Shown here one piece after another: positions 25,250-37,550 of a stretch of DNA of 64,000 nucleotides. Below the pieces are notes generated by a model. The model searched no databases and was not told where the DNA came from. It was given only the letters and a program-made list of their open reading frames with translations. This DNA is from Octopus sinensis (lineage: Eukaryota), in the NCBI RefSeq assembly GCF_006345805.1, contig NC_042999.1, positions 139,934,001-139,998,000 on the forward strand, in the 5' to 3' direction. The translations under genes and the position numbers were made by a program. Each line of letters begins with the position of its first letter. Position 1 is the first letter of the stretch.

Positions 25250-25960
25250 CTTAAATGATAAAAACTTCCGAAAGTTTTACAGATTTTTACAGTTCCAGTG
25301 ATTGATTGGATCTGTAGTCTTCGAATCAGCTTTCTTTTCTGGTTCTGAGAAGCCTAATTTCTCAAGATTGGTATTTAGGCAGTGTGTTACATATCCCAGT
25401 GCCCCAATAATTATAGGTATGTATGTATGTATGTAAGTATGTATGTATGTATGCGTATGAACATATATATGTATGGATAGATAAATGGATGGATGGATGG
25501 ATGCATGCACGTATACATGTATACATACACCCCATCATACACACATGCATGCGCACATATATGCATGTATACATGTATGCATATTCATATGTATATACAT
25601 AAGTACTCATGGATGCAAACATGGACGGCATTCTGTATTTGAATCTTATTACTTGCTGAACTTTTTGAATGTTTGCATATTTTAACTGCTCGTAGCTATA
25701 ATCTTCTGATTAGCAGTGTTCTTTCTGATTTTGTGAATACCAACTTCTCAAGATTGATACAAAGGCCTGTAGTCAAGTGTTTCAATAATTGTATGTAGAA
25801 ATCTAAAGCTTTCGTTTGAGCAGAGAACCTGTAGATTTCTCATCAGTTCGACTTAAATGTTCGCCGTTTCACTAACTTTTAACTTTAGGTTGTCATTTGC
25901 TGGGCAACTGATATAAACTCCTGTGCATTGTTCTTTGCTTGGTCAAAACATCTTTCTCAA
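25250..25960 (-). mobile_element. Two tandem 3' ends of an R4/Dong-like LINE separated by microsatellites
   Basis: PIIIGALGYVTHCLNTNLEKLGFSE...LIRRLQIQSITGTVKICKTF (25250-25420) and ISCPANDNLKLKV...ELMRNLQVL...INLEKLV...LIRRL (25640-25960). Confidence 0.7.
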
Positions 25961-25966
25961 TTTATA

Positions 25967-26177
25967 ATATTGGTTTCAAATTTTGGCACAAGGCCAGCAG
26001 TTTCAAGAGAGGGGCGTAAATCGACGACATCAATCCCAGTGCTCAACTAGTACTTATTTTACCGACGCCGAAAGGATGAAAGGCAAAGTCGACCTCGACG
26101 GAATTTGAACTCGGAACACGAAGACGAACGAAATACCGCAAAGCATTTTGCTCGGCGTGCTAACGATTCTGCCAGTT
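25967..26177 (-). mobile_element. SINE-B with tail B
   Basis: Same head and body as 22423-22655 but ends aaactgctggccttgtgccaaaatttgaaacc. Confidence 0.85.
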
Positions 26178-26378
26178 ATTGCATTCAGATTATAGCTATT
26201 GTTCTACCTTTTGTTGAATACGCTTTTCTTTTTCCTGATTTATCAACTCTCCTCCAACAGCTAAACGAGCAAGCCGAAAATTCGAAATCACTCTTTAATA
26301 AATATGCACCCTACTAAATGGTATTGAATAATCTTTCAGTTTAATATTAAACTATCTTTATATATGAAAACAAATATC

Positions 26379-26442
<64 letters not shown>

Positions 26443-26504
26443 ACACACACACACACACACACAACACACAACACATGTATGTATGCATGTGTATATGAAC
26501 GTTT

Positions 26505-26740
26505 GTATGGCAGAAACATTAGCACGCCGGGCGAAATGCGTAGCCGTATTTCGTCTGCCGTTACGTTCTGAGTTCAAATTCCGCCGAGGTCAACTTTGCC
26601 TTTCATCCTTTCGGAGTCGATAAATTAAGTACCAGTTACGCACTGGGGTTGATGTAATCGACTCAATCCGTTTGTCTGTCCTTGTTTGTCTCCTCTGTGT
26701 TTGTCTCCTCTGTGTTTAGCCCCTTGTGGGTAGTAAAGAA

Positions 26741-26742
<2 letters not shown>
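26505..26742 (+). mobile_element. SINE-B copy (Tx1-like tail)
   Basis: tggcagaaacattagcacgccgggcgaaatg...tttagccccttgtgggtagtaaagaaata. Confidence 0.92.
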
Positions 26743-26771
<29 letters not shown>

Positions 26772-26819
26772 TGTATGTGTTGACGGACGGATGGGTGAAC
26801 GAATGGATAGATGAATGCA

Positions 26820-27085
26820 TAGGCGTAAGCATGGCTGTGTGGTCAAAGATTTCCCTTCATAACCATGTGCCCCTCGTATAGATGTATGTGTGTGCGTCTT
26901 TGCATCTGCATTGTTTTCTGACCGCATGACAACCGGTATTGGTTTGTTTACATCCCCGTGACTTTGCAGTTCAGCAAAATAAGTCGAGTGAAGAATTTCG
27001 AGGCTTAAACTATGCACTGGAGTCAATCTGATCGACTAAGCCCTTCAAGTTTATGTTCCAGTATGGCTGCGGAACAATCACCGAA
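26820..27085 (+). mobile_element. Decayed SINE-A copy
   Basis: ggcgtaagcatggctgtgtggtcaa head; tgacaaccggtattggtttgtttacatccccgtgac body. Confidence 0.65.
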
Positions 27086-27147
27086 ACACGAGTAAGTTGC
27101 AATTAATTCTGCTGTCTCTCTTTGATCTTACTCCTGCCAACTTTTCC

Positions 27148-27174
27148 CTGAAGAAGGATTCTGTCTGAAACGTC
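27148..27174 (+). ncRNA. Minimal hammerhead motif (PLE pLTR type), stem I not evident
   Basis: CTGAAGA-aggattctgtct-GAAA-CGTC. Confidence 0.5.
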
Positions 27175-27419
27175 AGAGTTTTCACAAAAAAGACTACAGT
27201 TCGCTGCACGCTTTTTATCGATTTCACTATATAATACAGGTTTTGCCGACGCAGACCGATACCGGTCTCTTTAGAGCCTATTTACTTGTACATACATAAT
27301 ACATACATACATACATACATACGTATACACACCAACACTATATACGTGTATACACACGCACATACATACATACATGCACACATTGACACACAGACTAGGT
27401 TACGTTATATTATATATAA

Positions 27420-27470
27420 TTACATTATATAATCTCTCTCTTTCCATATATATATATATATGTATGTATA

Positions 27471-27525
<55 letters not shown>

Positions 27526-27704
27526 TATATATACATATATATACATATATATATATACATATACATATATATATATACATATATATATATACATGCATAC
27601 ATATATATATACATGCATACATATATATATATATACATGCATACATATATATATATACATGTATACATATATATATATATATATACACAAACATATACAT
27701 ACAT

Positions 27705-27795
<91 letters not shown>

Positions 27796-27800
27796 TCTTA
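27420..27800. repeat. (TA)n/(TACA)n low-complexity block
   Basis: Visible run. Confidence 0.95.
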
Positions 27801-28789
27801 CATTATATAATACCTATCTACCTATGCATACATTCATACACAAATTTTCACGAGGAATTTCAAACAATTAGCTTTAAATCTAACACTGATTTCATCATCA
27901 AAAGATTCATTAAGTAATTGTGTGCTGTTGCCTTTCCTCCAAGGTAAACATCATTAATGTTTTTGTAGTTGCTTTCATTGCTTGGATCAGTTTCTGATAA
28001 TTTAATGTTATTCATTAATTAAGTTGCAAAGAGAAACTCAAGAGATTTTCGTATTCTGATGATAGCATTAAATATAGAAAATGTAACTTAATGTTCAGAT
28101 TGAAATTAAACATTCAGTAAATTCACCTTCGGTAGCACACACCGAAAGAAAAGTAGCATGTGCCGTGAGTGTTTAAAATCATGAATACTCTTGGCATTAG
28201 AACAATTTCAGACTTCACTTCTCTATTTCCAAAGTGAATTGAAAGTTTATCAACTTTCAATTCTCTTTGGAAATAACGTAGAATATCAAATTGTTCGAAA
28301 TCATTACAATATCTGCTTGGGAAAGTTCTCTTGATTTGTTACAATTTAGGTTTTGTATGCTACACTGTTGCAACCACTTCCTAAGTAAATATAAAGTTCT
28401 GTTGTTTCTTGCTGCACCAAGAAACCAATAAGGCGTTGTTGGTTTTTTTTAAAGGAAAGATTCTAGTACTGTGAAAGAATGATAAACGTATACAAAGAGA
28501 TGGTATTTAATAATTTCTTGAGACCACTTCTGGTGTCTGCCACGGGAAAACAACTATCGCTCATAAATACAACAATACATACTTTCTGAAGGAATATTGT
28601 AATAGTTGCATTGGGTTGCTGATTTGGTATCCTGATTTGTATATAGAACTCTCAAAGGAAGTCTCGTGCAACCACGTGGAAATTACGCGAGGAGAACGCT
28701 ACTACGGATGGTACAACATGGTTCTCGAAAAGTGAATTGTGTAACTTGCAGTTATGAACATTCAACATTTGTACTATGAGAGTGAAACA

Positions 28790-30105
28790 CAACACATGAC
28801 ATCGAGGATGACAATCGGAAAACATTTAGACTTAAACGACTCGGAAGAAGCTGATTCAGTTCGAAGTAAAAGTTGAATGCCATGACATTGAAGATGTCAA
28901 AGAGAAGCCAACAGTTCTTTCTACTTGTGGAGTTGAAGCCATAATGAAGTTAAAAGATGTTCTTTTTCCGGTAAGCCTTCAGAATGCAGCATACCAACAA
29001 ATAATGAATGTGTTGCAACAACTCATAAAACCGAAGGAGAGACTGTTAACTGCGTACAGAACTGAAGCAACTGGAAAATGAGTCAATCAACGACTTCCTT
29101 CTTAGGATTAATTCTCAAGCTTCCTTCTGCCATTTGAATAGGTTGAAAGAAAATCCAGAGGAAGACATCACGAAACTCATTTTCATCGCGGGATGAAACC
29201 AATAAGGCGACAGTGGTAAAGTTAAACATTTTGGATCTGTTACGATGTCATTCTAATATGAAATACACTAAAATAGGTGCCCTCGCATCCTCCATAGAAT
29301 CGGAAACGCTGTTTGTGAGTAGTTGACAAACAATAACAAGCTTTAATGTCAACAAGAATACCTCCAGTAGCAGTTGTGACGTTGTAGTGAAATGTCGAAA
29401 CTGTGGGCGTACACACAAAGCTCGTGCATGTCCGGTATATAAGAAAAAAATGTAATAAGTGTGGTAAATTAGGGCATTTTGCCAGATTTTGCCAGATTTT
29501 GCCGATCTAGAAATGATCGCTGTGCGAACAACATAAATGTATCTCCGACCGAAACTGGATCTATCGACAGTTTGTTGCTAAACGTGAACCACAATGAGAG
29601 TGCGTATAACACGGGTTTTTGCAAGTGCTTTATAAATAATAGAAACATTGATATGAAAGTCGATACTGGAGCAGCTTGTTCGATTGTCCCGTTATCATAT
29701 TCTTCACAGTTAGGCATTCCAATCGAATAGATTAAGCACTTTTGACGGTTCAGATCTAAAGGTTGTTGAATCTATCCGAGTGACATTTAATCTCAACAAC
29801 GCCGACGAGCCACGAAAATTCATTGTGGTAGACAGTCCGTACTCTTTTGGACTGATTGGAAAGGATATCATTAAAGACAATTCGTTTTCTTTCAATTTGA
29901 ACATAGATGCGTTCCCAGAGGTTAAAGGTTTTGTGACTAGAGTTAACTGCTCTGGAGTCAGATGTGCCTCACTTGTGGTATGGCTGAGAAAAAAAAGATG
30001 AATCTCTTCGCATGTGTGTCGATTACAAGGCTCATTTAAATGCACATAGTGACACTTATTCTTTCCTTATACCATCAATCGACACCATTTTTACAAAGTT
30101 GCGAG
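28790..30105 (+). mobile_element. Gypsy LTR-retrotransposon relic: gag (two Zn knuckles), protease, start of RT
   Basis: CRNCGRTHKARACP, CNKCGKLGHFARFC, protease KVDTGAACSIVP, ASLVVWLRKK.DESLRMCVDYKAHLN and DTYSFLIPSIDTIFTKL; stops and frameshifts; PBS-like catgacatcgagg before ATG 28808. Confidence 0.88.
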
Positions 30106-30107
30106 TT

Positions 30108-30250
30108 TAGATTCCTGGTCCAGGTACTACGTTGTGTTCCTCAGCAAGACACATCGCTTCACGTTGCCTCGGCCAGCTTGGCTGAAAATGAATACCAGTT
30201 GTCGCATTCTAGATGTTCCACTGGGACAAAGGTCGAGGGTGGGAGGGTCT
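30108..30250 (+). mobile_element. SINE fragment with CORE-like domain
   Basis: gttgtgttcctcagcaagacacatcgcttcacgttgcc resembles the body of 45496-45805. Confidence 0.55.
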
Positions 30251-30419
30251 ATAGTGTATCTATGTCTGCTCATGACTATATAGTAACCTTAAGCAATTAA
30301 CGAAAGCATGGTACGCGTGCCATGTCATCCTCGATACACACACACACACACACACAAAATCGGCCAGTTGTACGTAAGTCTGAAAAAAGCACACTCAAAA
30401 TCTTTTGAACAGTAATATT

Positions 30420-30960
30420 TAATGTAGTTGTTGGTTATGACTGGTCAGGGAATTACCACTGGTTTAGTACCTATTATGCTCTTAGTGATATAGGTGACTC
30501 GTCAGACCTACTGGCCAGAGGCACATGACCTCTCTACTACCGGAAGAAGGAATACAGTTTTAGCCAGTCAAGTGTTGTGAACAAAATTCTCGAAATAAAG
30601 TTCTAATAAGCGACATTCCATTTGGGCGAGTTGGAGCTATCTCCTTTGACCGGTTCCAGTTGTGCCCGAAAAGGGCCAGTATATGCACGATTCCCGTTCG
30701 GTAGTCAACAAGCGAGGAATTCAATGACTCCAACATGAATTTCCTCTAGTGAGGGTTCCGACGAAACGTCTCTCTTTTGGAGTTTAGCGAATTCTTTAGT
30801 ATCCTTACCTTCCTGGCCAAGCAAAGTTTGCATCTTCTGTTCCCGTTGAAGAATTGTCCAGGTTGTCCCAGGAGCTTCAGTTGAATCCTGTATGGCGTAC
30901 CTCCTTTTTTTAACGTCATACGTAGCTGGCCAAAGACGTAACCTTGTGCCTCTCTGAGAT
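30420..30960 (-). mobile_element. Penelope-like element 3' end: GIY-YIG C-terminus plus pLTR with a hammerhead relic (30450-30508)
   Basis: HKVTSLASYV and GTPYRIQLKLL...NGNRRCKLCLARKVRILKNSLNSKRE...H*RKFML resemble PLE endonuclease C-termini; downstream CTGACGA-stem-TAAAC-cagtg-GTA. Confidence 0.7.
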
Positions 30961-31428
30961 CTTAAATGAGGACCTATAGTTGTTTAGACATCGCTAAAAG
31001 GTGGGGTGGGGGGTCCTTCGTACATACACACTTATGTATGCATATGTGCATGTGTGTGTGTATGCGCGCGTGCATACGTTTTATCAGTGAAAGATGGAAG
31101 GTCGAGATAAAAATTTATATTTTTTCTTTCACAAATGGAATTTACGAAATTGATAAAAAAATTTACGAAATCTAGCGACTGCTTTAAAAAGGCTGTCACT
31201 GGAGATAATGATAAAATATGTAAACGAACTGAGGCGAGTATCTTCTCTCCCCTCTCTCTCTTTCTCTCAATCTCTTTCCCTTTATCTTTCTCCCTTCATG
31301 TTTGTCTCTCTCTATTCCATTATTATTTCGGAGTGAGTGAGTATGTGTGTGCGAGAGAGAGAGAGAGAGAGACGTCGCACATATATTTTAGAATGTTTCG
31401 TAAACTCACTCTTATCCAACTTTGGGGG

Positions 31429-31483
<55 letters not shown>

Positions 31484-31669
31484 GCATACACTCACACACA
31501 TACTCACTTGAAGGTATGTCATTATCTGCCATACAACTTGACGTTTTGAAGTTCAAATCTGCATTGCAGTGAATAGTGGTTTGCGTATAGTGATACACAC
31601 CCAACTAATTTTGTGGTTAATAAGAAAACAATTGTAAGTACATTGCGTATGGTTAATGACTCATCCTCA

Positions 31670-31709
<40 letters not shown>

Positions 31710-31710
<1 letters not shown>

Positions 31711-31997
31711 ATGCATACATACAGAGAGAGAGGGTGGTAGAGAACCAAGACAAGTATGTAACAGTTGTAACTGACTCTACACGTACCTATGTACATTGAG
31801 CACGTTTTTGTGCGGAAACAAAGATATACAATATGTGTGTTTGTGTGTGTGTGTGTGGTGTGTGTGTGTGTGCATGCATACATACAGAGAGAGAGGGTGG
31901 TAGAGAACCAAGACAAGTATGTAACAGTTGTAACTGACTCTACACGTACCTATGTACATTGAGCACGTTTTTGTGCGGAAACAAAGATATACAATAT

Positions 31998-32035
<38 letters not shown>
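31710..32035. repeat. Perfect 163-bp-period tandem duplication bounded by (GT)n
   Basis: Unique core 31710-31834 appears identical to 31873-31997. Confidence 0.95.
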
Positions 32036-32037
<2 letters not shown>

Positions 32038-32142
32038 CTGTGTGTATGTATGTATGTATGTATGTATGTATGTATGTATGTATGTATGTATGTATGTGTG
32101 TATGTATGTATTTATGTATATATGTATCAATGTATGTATGTA

Positions 32143-34401
32143 TCAGGTTGTAACGAAAGTTCTGTCCGTTTTGTTTTAAGTAAATATCTAGTTAGATTTA
32201 AAGGTGTTAAACTTCTCAATTCCATTTGAAATACGTCGAAATCCTTAATATATTATTTTCTTTCAGATTTTCCCAATTTAATAATAATGGAAGTTGTATT
32301 GGCCACGTGTTCATTCCGAGCAAAGAAGATATTCATCACGTTATTCTTTACGAACTTCAAAATGGGAATAGTACAAATGTTGCCGCAAAATCACTCCAAA
32401 ACACTTGTGGTGATGGTGTAGTGACTGAAAGAATATGCAAAAGATAATTTTAACGATTCAGAAATGGGAACTACAGCCTGCAGGATGAATCAAGAGAAGG
32501 CGGAATCTATTCTGTTTGGCTGCCTGCAATTCAAAAGTTAAAGTTTATCGAAAATTTTAAAATTTGGCGCATTAATCTAGTTTTCGAAGCTGAACTGCTG
32601 GATTTATTTCACTTTTTTTCAAAACTTAAAAAAAAAAAGTTATAGATGTTTAAAGTTTGATCATTTTCAACCAGTCTGGAAGCAGGATTTGGAAGCTGTT
32701 GTCTTGTGCGTGACTACATTTTGTCAACATCCTGAAAATAGCACGTGTTGTCAATATTTGTATTCTACACGAGGAAAGTAAACAACACGATTTTTGTAGT
32801 TTTAAGCATTCAAAATGTATTTAATGCGGTAGTATGATTTATCCAAAAACATTATTTAGGTGTTATTTTTAGCATGCCTCAATGACAAAAAGAAACGAGT
32901 AAACAGCACATCTTTTATAGTTTTAAGCATTTAATATGCATTTAATACATCACATTATAAATCAAATATTTCTCAAAATAAGAAACTTAGAGCACGAACT
33001 TAAAAGATTTATCTAAAAACAAAATAGCACATTACAAATTAAATATTAAAAAAAACATTGTTGGCCAGTTCATTGGGAACGAAAGTTAGAAATGCACTCA
33101 ATCAATTTCTCGAACCAATCACAATTTTCATATCTCCTGCGCCACATACATTCACATGCTTAATTGTCAACAGATATGTAAAATTTCCAGATGGATAAAG
33201 CTGTAGAACACAGTGTCAACAAGTGGTTTCAATATATTTGTCAACACGTGTTTTCTCGCAGACAAAAGAGTTCTCCCGTTCCACTTGTTATTATGGAAGC
33301 AGGCATGAATGTGTCTGTGGCTTACAATTGGCTAAAATTACTCAAAATTTTCAAACTTTAATAGCTAATAACTTTTTATTTATTGTTTTATACCGAAAAT
33401 GATTTTCATGGCATTCATTAACCTATAAAAGTGTATCATTACACTGAATATGAAATCAATTCGAACAGAAATTGACGCTGGCAGCCAAAGAGAAAAGATC
33501 CAAAGGGCGCCCAAGACGGTTGGATTCTGATGCAGTGGAAGCCACTGTCGAAGCATACCCTGCTGTTACAGTTCGGGAACTAAGCGAGAGCATCAATATG
33601 AGCTATACCACCATTCATCGTGAATTGAAAAGGCTTGGTAAAGTGTCAAAGGTTGGAAAATGGGTCACACATGGTTTCTCTGCAGATAATCACAAACAAC
33701 GTATTGATTACTGTGCATCATTACGATCTCGTCTCGTCGTGAGTTGCAAATGCCTTTTTTGAATAGTCATTACTGGAGTTGAAAAATGGATACTTTACCA
33801 TAATGTTAAGCGAAAACATCAGTGGCTCAGTCATGGTGAAGAGCTAGCTCAGCAGCCCAGAAGCAGCCTGCATCAAAGGAAATCTTCTGAGTATATGGTG
33901 GGATATGCGTGGAATAATTCGCCACGAGCTACAAGACGATAATCAAACAATACTAGCCAATATATACTAAACGTCTGAAAGCAGTTTTGCCTCAAAAACG
34001 TCCATCATTAACAAAAAGAAAAGGAGTCATCTTTCATAATGATAACGCTGGACCTCACACTGCACAAAAGACTGGAGATCTAGAAAAGTATACCTGGAAA
34101 ATTATGCATTACCTACCATATTCTCCGGACCTCACACACACAAACTACCATCTCTTAAGTTTACAAGATCATTTGAGGGATTAAAACTTACTTCAAGAGC
34201 AGAAGTCGAAAATAAATTAATTTCCTTTTTCACTTCTAAACCTAAGGAATTTTATAAACGCGGCATTATAAAGCTCATTGACAGTCTGAAAAAGGTCATA
34301 AAGAAGAATAGTGACTATATGAACGATTAAATGAATCAGATGTTTTTTTTTATTGTTTTATGAAGCCTTAAAAAACGGACAGAACTTCTGTTACTATCTT
34401 A
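32143..34401 (+). mobile_element. Decayed mariner (DD34D) transposon with TIRs and TA TSD, interrupted at 32502-33501
   Basis: TIRs tcaggttgtaacgaaagttctgtcc / ggacagaacttctgttactatctta; peptides HHVILYELQNG...ERICKR, GRPRRLDSDAV...GKWVTH, KWILYHN, IFHNDNAGPH and YLPYSPDL. Confidence 0.92.
32502..33501. mobile_element. ~1-kb non-autonomous DNA element of the GGATCTTTTC family nested in the mariner
   Basis: Left ggaatctattctgtttggctgcc vs right-end reverse complement ggatcttttctctttggctgcc; splits the transposase between ESREG and GRPR; degenerate TSD (agaaggc / aaagggc). Confidence 0.75.
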
Positions 34402-34462
34402 TAAGTATGTATGTATTATATTTGTATGTATGTGTGTATGTATATATATGTATATGTATGTA

Positions 34463-34536
<74 letters not shown>

Positions 34537-34599
34537 GCTCTCTCTCGCGCACACACACACACATGGAAAGTGAGAGAGGGAGAGAGATTAAAAAAAACA

Positions 34600-35270
34600 T
34601 CACCATTTCGGATCTTTCCGGAAACAATCTTACTTGGGGCGATAAATATTAAAGATAATCTGTCTACGTGAATCTATTTAGATAAGAACATCCTTTAAAA
34701 AAATATGCTATATTCTTGAAGAATTTTTTTTCTGCTCACGTAATCTCAATCAATCGATGCTAATAGTTTTCAAAATTGAAGAAACGCATTCTTTCACTTT
34801 GGGTCATATTCCAGCTCTCAAATGAATCGTATGCCAAAGAACATATTTTACGATCAATGTTCCCTCCAATTTTTTTTTATATATGTGCATAAAAATTTGC
34901 TTGCATGCAAGTTTTGTTTTTCTTAGCAAAGTATATGAACATCATTGTACGTAACGATCTTCAATTGTAAAAATTCGATTAAAATTTGAAAACGTGTTCG
35001 CATATTTTTTCGTTCCCTTATGCGTAAGTTTCAGGACTGTACATGCATAGACATGTTCAGCAATTATCGCACAAACATACAGAGAACATTGCTTACGATG
35101 AACATATCTTACTATCGTCCGTACCACGCAGATATGAATACCCAAGCTCCGTTTCAAAGATGCTCCGATGTCTAACCTCAGTATCAATCATATTTCGTAC
35201 AAAACAAAAGTGTTACCCTTGTATGTGGCAAAATGTTCTTGCAGAAACAGTATAATACGTCATCCATAGG
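34600..35270 (-). mobile_element. Highly decayed Tc1/mariner transposase fragment
   Basis: RLDIGASLKRSLGIHICVVRTIV...FNRIFTIEDRYVQ resembles the mariner HTH and L.RIVT.DE.WV segments. Confidence 0.5.
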
Positions 35271-35499
35271 AAGAAATGTAAGAGTAAAAAATCTCTCTGA
35301 CTGCTATTAGTTGAAAATTATACATAAAGTATTGTGACAAATCTAAATACAACAAACCTAAGCGCTATCTACACCAGAAAAACTGAAAAACTGCGCTATT
35401 GGCACGGAAGTCGACTGTGGTGGAATGGTCAAGTTTCGCTTTTTATATTACAAGCTAACACCTCATTGTTGATGTCAGCTCAACATCCAGTAGTGATTT

Positions 35500-35602
35500 C
35501 AAATTTCAGGGAAGCGGGTAAGTCGATTACATCGACTCCAGAGTTCAACTGATACTTATCTTATCGACCCCGAAAGGATGAAAGGCAAAGTCGATCTCGG
35601 AG
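35500..35602 (-). mobile_element. SINE-B body fragment
   Basis: ttatcgaccccgaaaggatgaaaggcaaagtcgatctcgg. Confidence 0.75.
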
Positions 35603-35869
35603 TATACTGCCATGTGTACCAAAATGATTTTGAAGGTTAAGCGTTAAACCTGAGCATTGCATCACACAACTGAGTTTAGGATTTATTTTTAAAAGTTAGT
35701 CAGCTTCAGCTCTTCTGTTACCATAAACATGTGTAGTAGATGAATATATGATGAATCTTTTACTCGACACTTTCTGCCTTCAAATTGCGTCCCAATTTTC
35801 AGTTGCTCAAATATTAAGTCTGTAGTTTACACCACAGTGTTAATGATTACAAGTCATACTACGTAGAGA

Positions 35870-36225
35870 GGTGCAAAGATAGGTGACCTAATGTGCTGAA
35901 AACAAATTAGCACTCGACACTAAAGAGCCGAAAGGTTCATTGCGGTACTTAAGAAATTAAGGGATCCTGTGCGTGTACATAAGTGGAAAGCTTCTGCAAC
36001 TTCAAGTTTCTTGACGCCCACATCGGAGAAGATCTCTCACTTGCCTCAACCCCAATATCCTGCTAAAGGCACAGCAGTGTCTGTCCGGATTCAAGTTGCT
36101 AAATAAGGCAAAACCTTCCTACTGAATGCATCATCGACCTCTACCAGTACGTAAATGACCAATGTAGCAGACTTCACCACATATGTGGGAACATATGACA
36201 AATACTGTTCAGTAAATCAAGCATT
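35870..36225 (+). mobile_element. Rex1/Babar (L2-group)-like LINE RT C-terminal relic
   Basis: CAENKLALDTK, NFKFLDAHIGEDL and ILLKAQQCL resemble WC.ENNL.LN..KT, FKFLG.HI..DL and KKAQQRL. Confidence 0.55.
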
Positions 36226-36252
36226 TCAGTCCATGGCAACAACAATATATAT

Positions 36253-36302
<50 letters not shown>

Positions 36303-36367
36303 ACAAGATAAGAAAATAGAGATAATTAATAAGTTATTATTTATTAATTAAAAAATTGACAAACATC

Positions 36368-36450
36368 CCTTACAACTGTTTCAATTCAAGACCTTCAGAA
36401 AATTAAATAATAAAATTAAAATTTATTTGAAAGTCGAATCTCGTCAGAGA
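36368..36450 (-). ncRNA. Type I hammerhead ribozyme, intact core, extended stem II
   Basis: tct-CTGACGA-gattc...gaatt-GAAA-C-agtt-GT-A-agg. Confidence 0.7.
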
Positions 36451-36742
36451 TAGTTTGAGATATACAAAATAGGTGTTCAATTCCTACATGTTGAGTAAAC
36501 GGCTGCAAACCGTTAGCTGACAACATTTATGCATAAAGAACATAGTATAAAACATGGTATAGATATCAGAAAGGAGAGGAAGGTAGTGTATATACTCCAA
36601 TATACACTACCTTCCTCCCCTTTCTAAGGTCTATACCACGTTTTACACTATGTTCTTTGTACATACATTTTATCAGTTAACGATTTGCAGCCGTTTACTC
36701 AACATACATGAATTGAACACCTATTTTGTATATCTTAAACTA

Positions 36743-36825
36743 CCTCTGACGAGATTCGACTTTCAAATAATTCTTAATTTTATCAATTAATTGTCTGACG
36801 GTCTTGAATTGGAACAGATGTAAGG
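36743..36825 (+). ncRNA. Type I hammerhead, sister copy with GAAA changed to GGAA
   Basis: cct-CTGACGA-gattc...gaatt-GGAA-C-agat-GT-A-agg. Confidence 0.55.
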
Positions 36826-37034
36826 GATGTTTGTCAATTTTTTAATTAGTAAGTAATAATTTATTAATTATCTCTTTATTTTTTTATCTTATAATAATAA
36901 AATATATATATATAAACCACGGTTTATATGGTTACCTTGCAGTTGAGTATTAGCTGTAATGTTCAACATTTTTTGTATAGGTAACTAACCAGTACTGTCA
37001 TAGGATTTTGCTATCCCTTGATGAGGTTTGTAAC

Positions 37035-37078
<44 letters not shown>

Positions 37079-37550
37079 CACATGTACTACTATGTGTCGA
37101 TGAAGAGAATTGATGGATGCGAGACTGGGTTTCGTCGTTTTCGTTCTCAGTCGACTTTTTAGTAATGTAGCAAACATAGACAGATGCCAATTGAATCTAA
37201 TATAGCACTGATTTACAAATGTGTTTTTGCAATAAAGAACTAGAGTCGATGTAATTAACTGTTTCCAACTTCCAATTTATAGGATTATGTGTCTGTTAAA
37301 GACCATTGTTGTTATTATTATATTATCATTATAAATACAATTTTACCGAGACTGTGTATATATTACCTGAATAAAAAAGAAGTAATTATTTACTTAATTT
37401 ATGTGCTTGATAAAGGAAAATTACAACAAATTAAAATGGGCTGTCAATTCACAGATTCCTTGTTTACACGTCATGTAAAAAATATCTACCTAATTGCAAA
37501 ATAAATCTTCTTCACTAACTTCGTATATATATATATATATATGTATATAT

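Larger units (their letters stand above)
36301..36893. mobile_element. Head-to-head palindrome of two PLE-pLTR-like units, each carrying a hammerhead
   Basis: Arms 36301-36592 and 36601-36893 with 8-nt spacer tactccaa; flanked by TA-rich runs. Confidence 0.85.

Noticed and set aside
27374-27917. Long Y/I/T/H/V/C-rich ORFs in the track (also 43803-44500, 47970-48377, 49813-50487 and others)
   Set aside because: They are translations of TA/CA/TG microsatellites, which lack stop codons in some frames.
28055-28090. CTGATGA...GAAA motif (similar weak hits at 38069 and 54459)
   Set aside because: Stems II and III cannot form; consistent with chance matches.
30750-30780. gacgaaacgtc as a hammerhead on the plus strand
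   Set aside because: The CUGANGA core is absent, and the segment is the antisense of the PLE endonuclease coding region.
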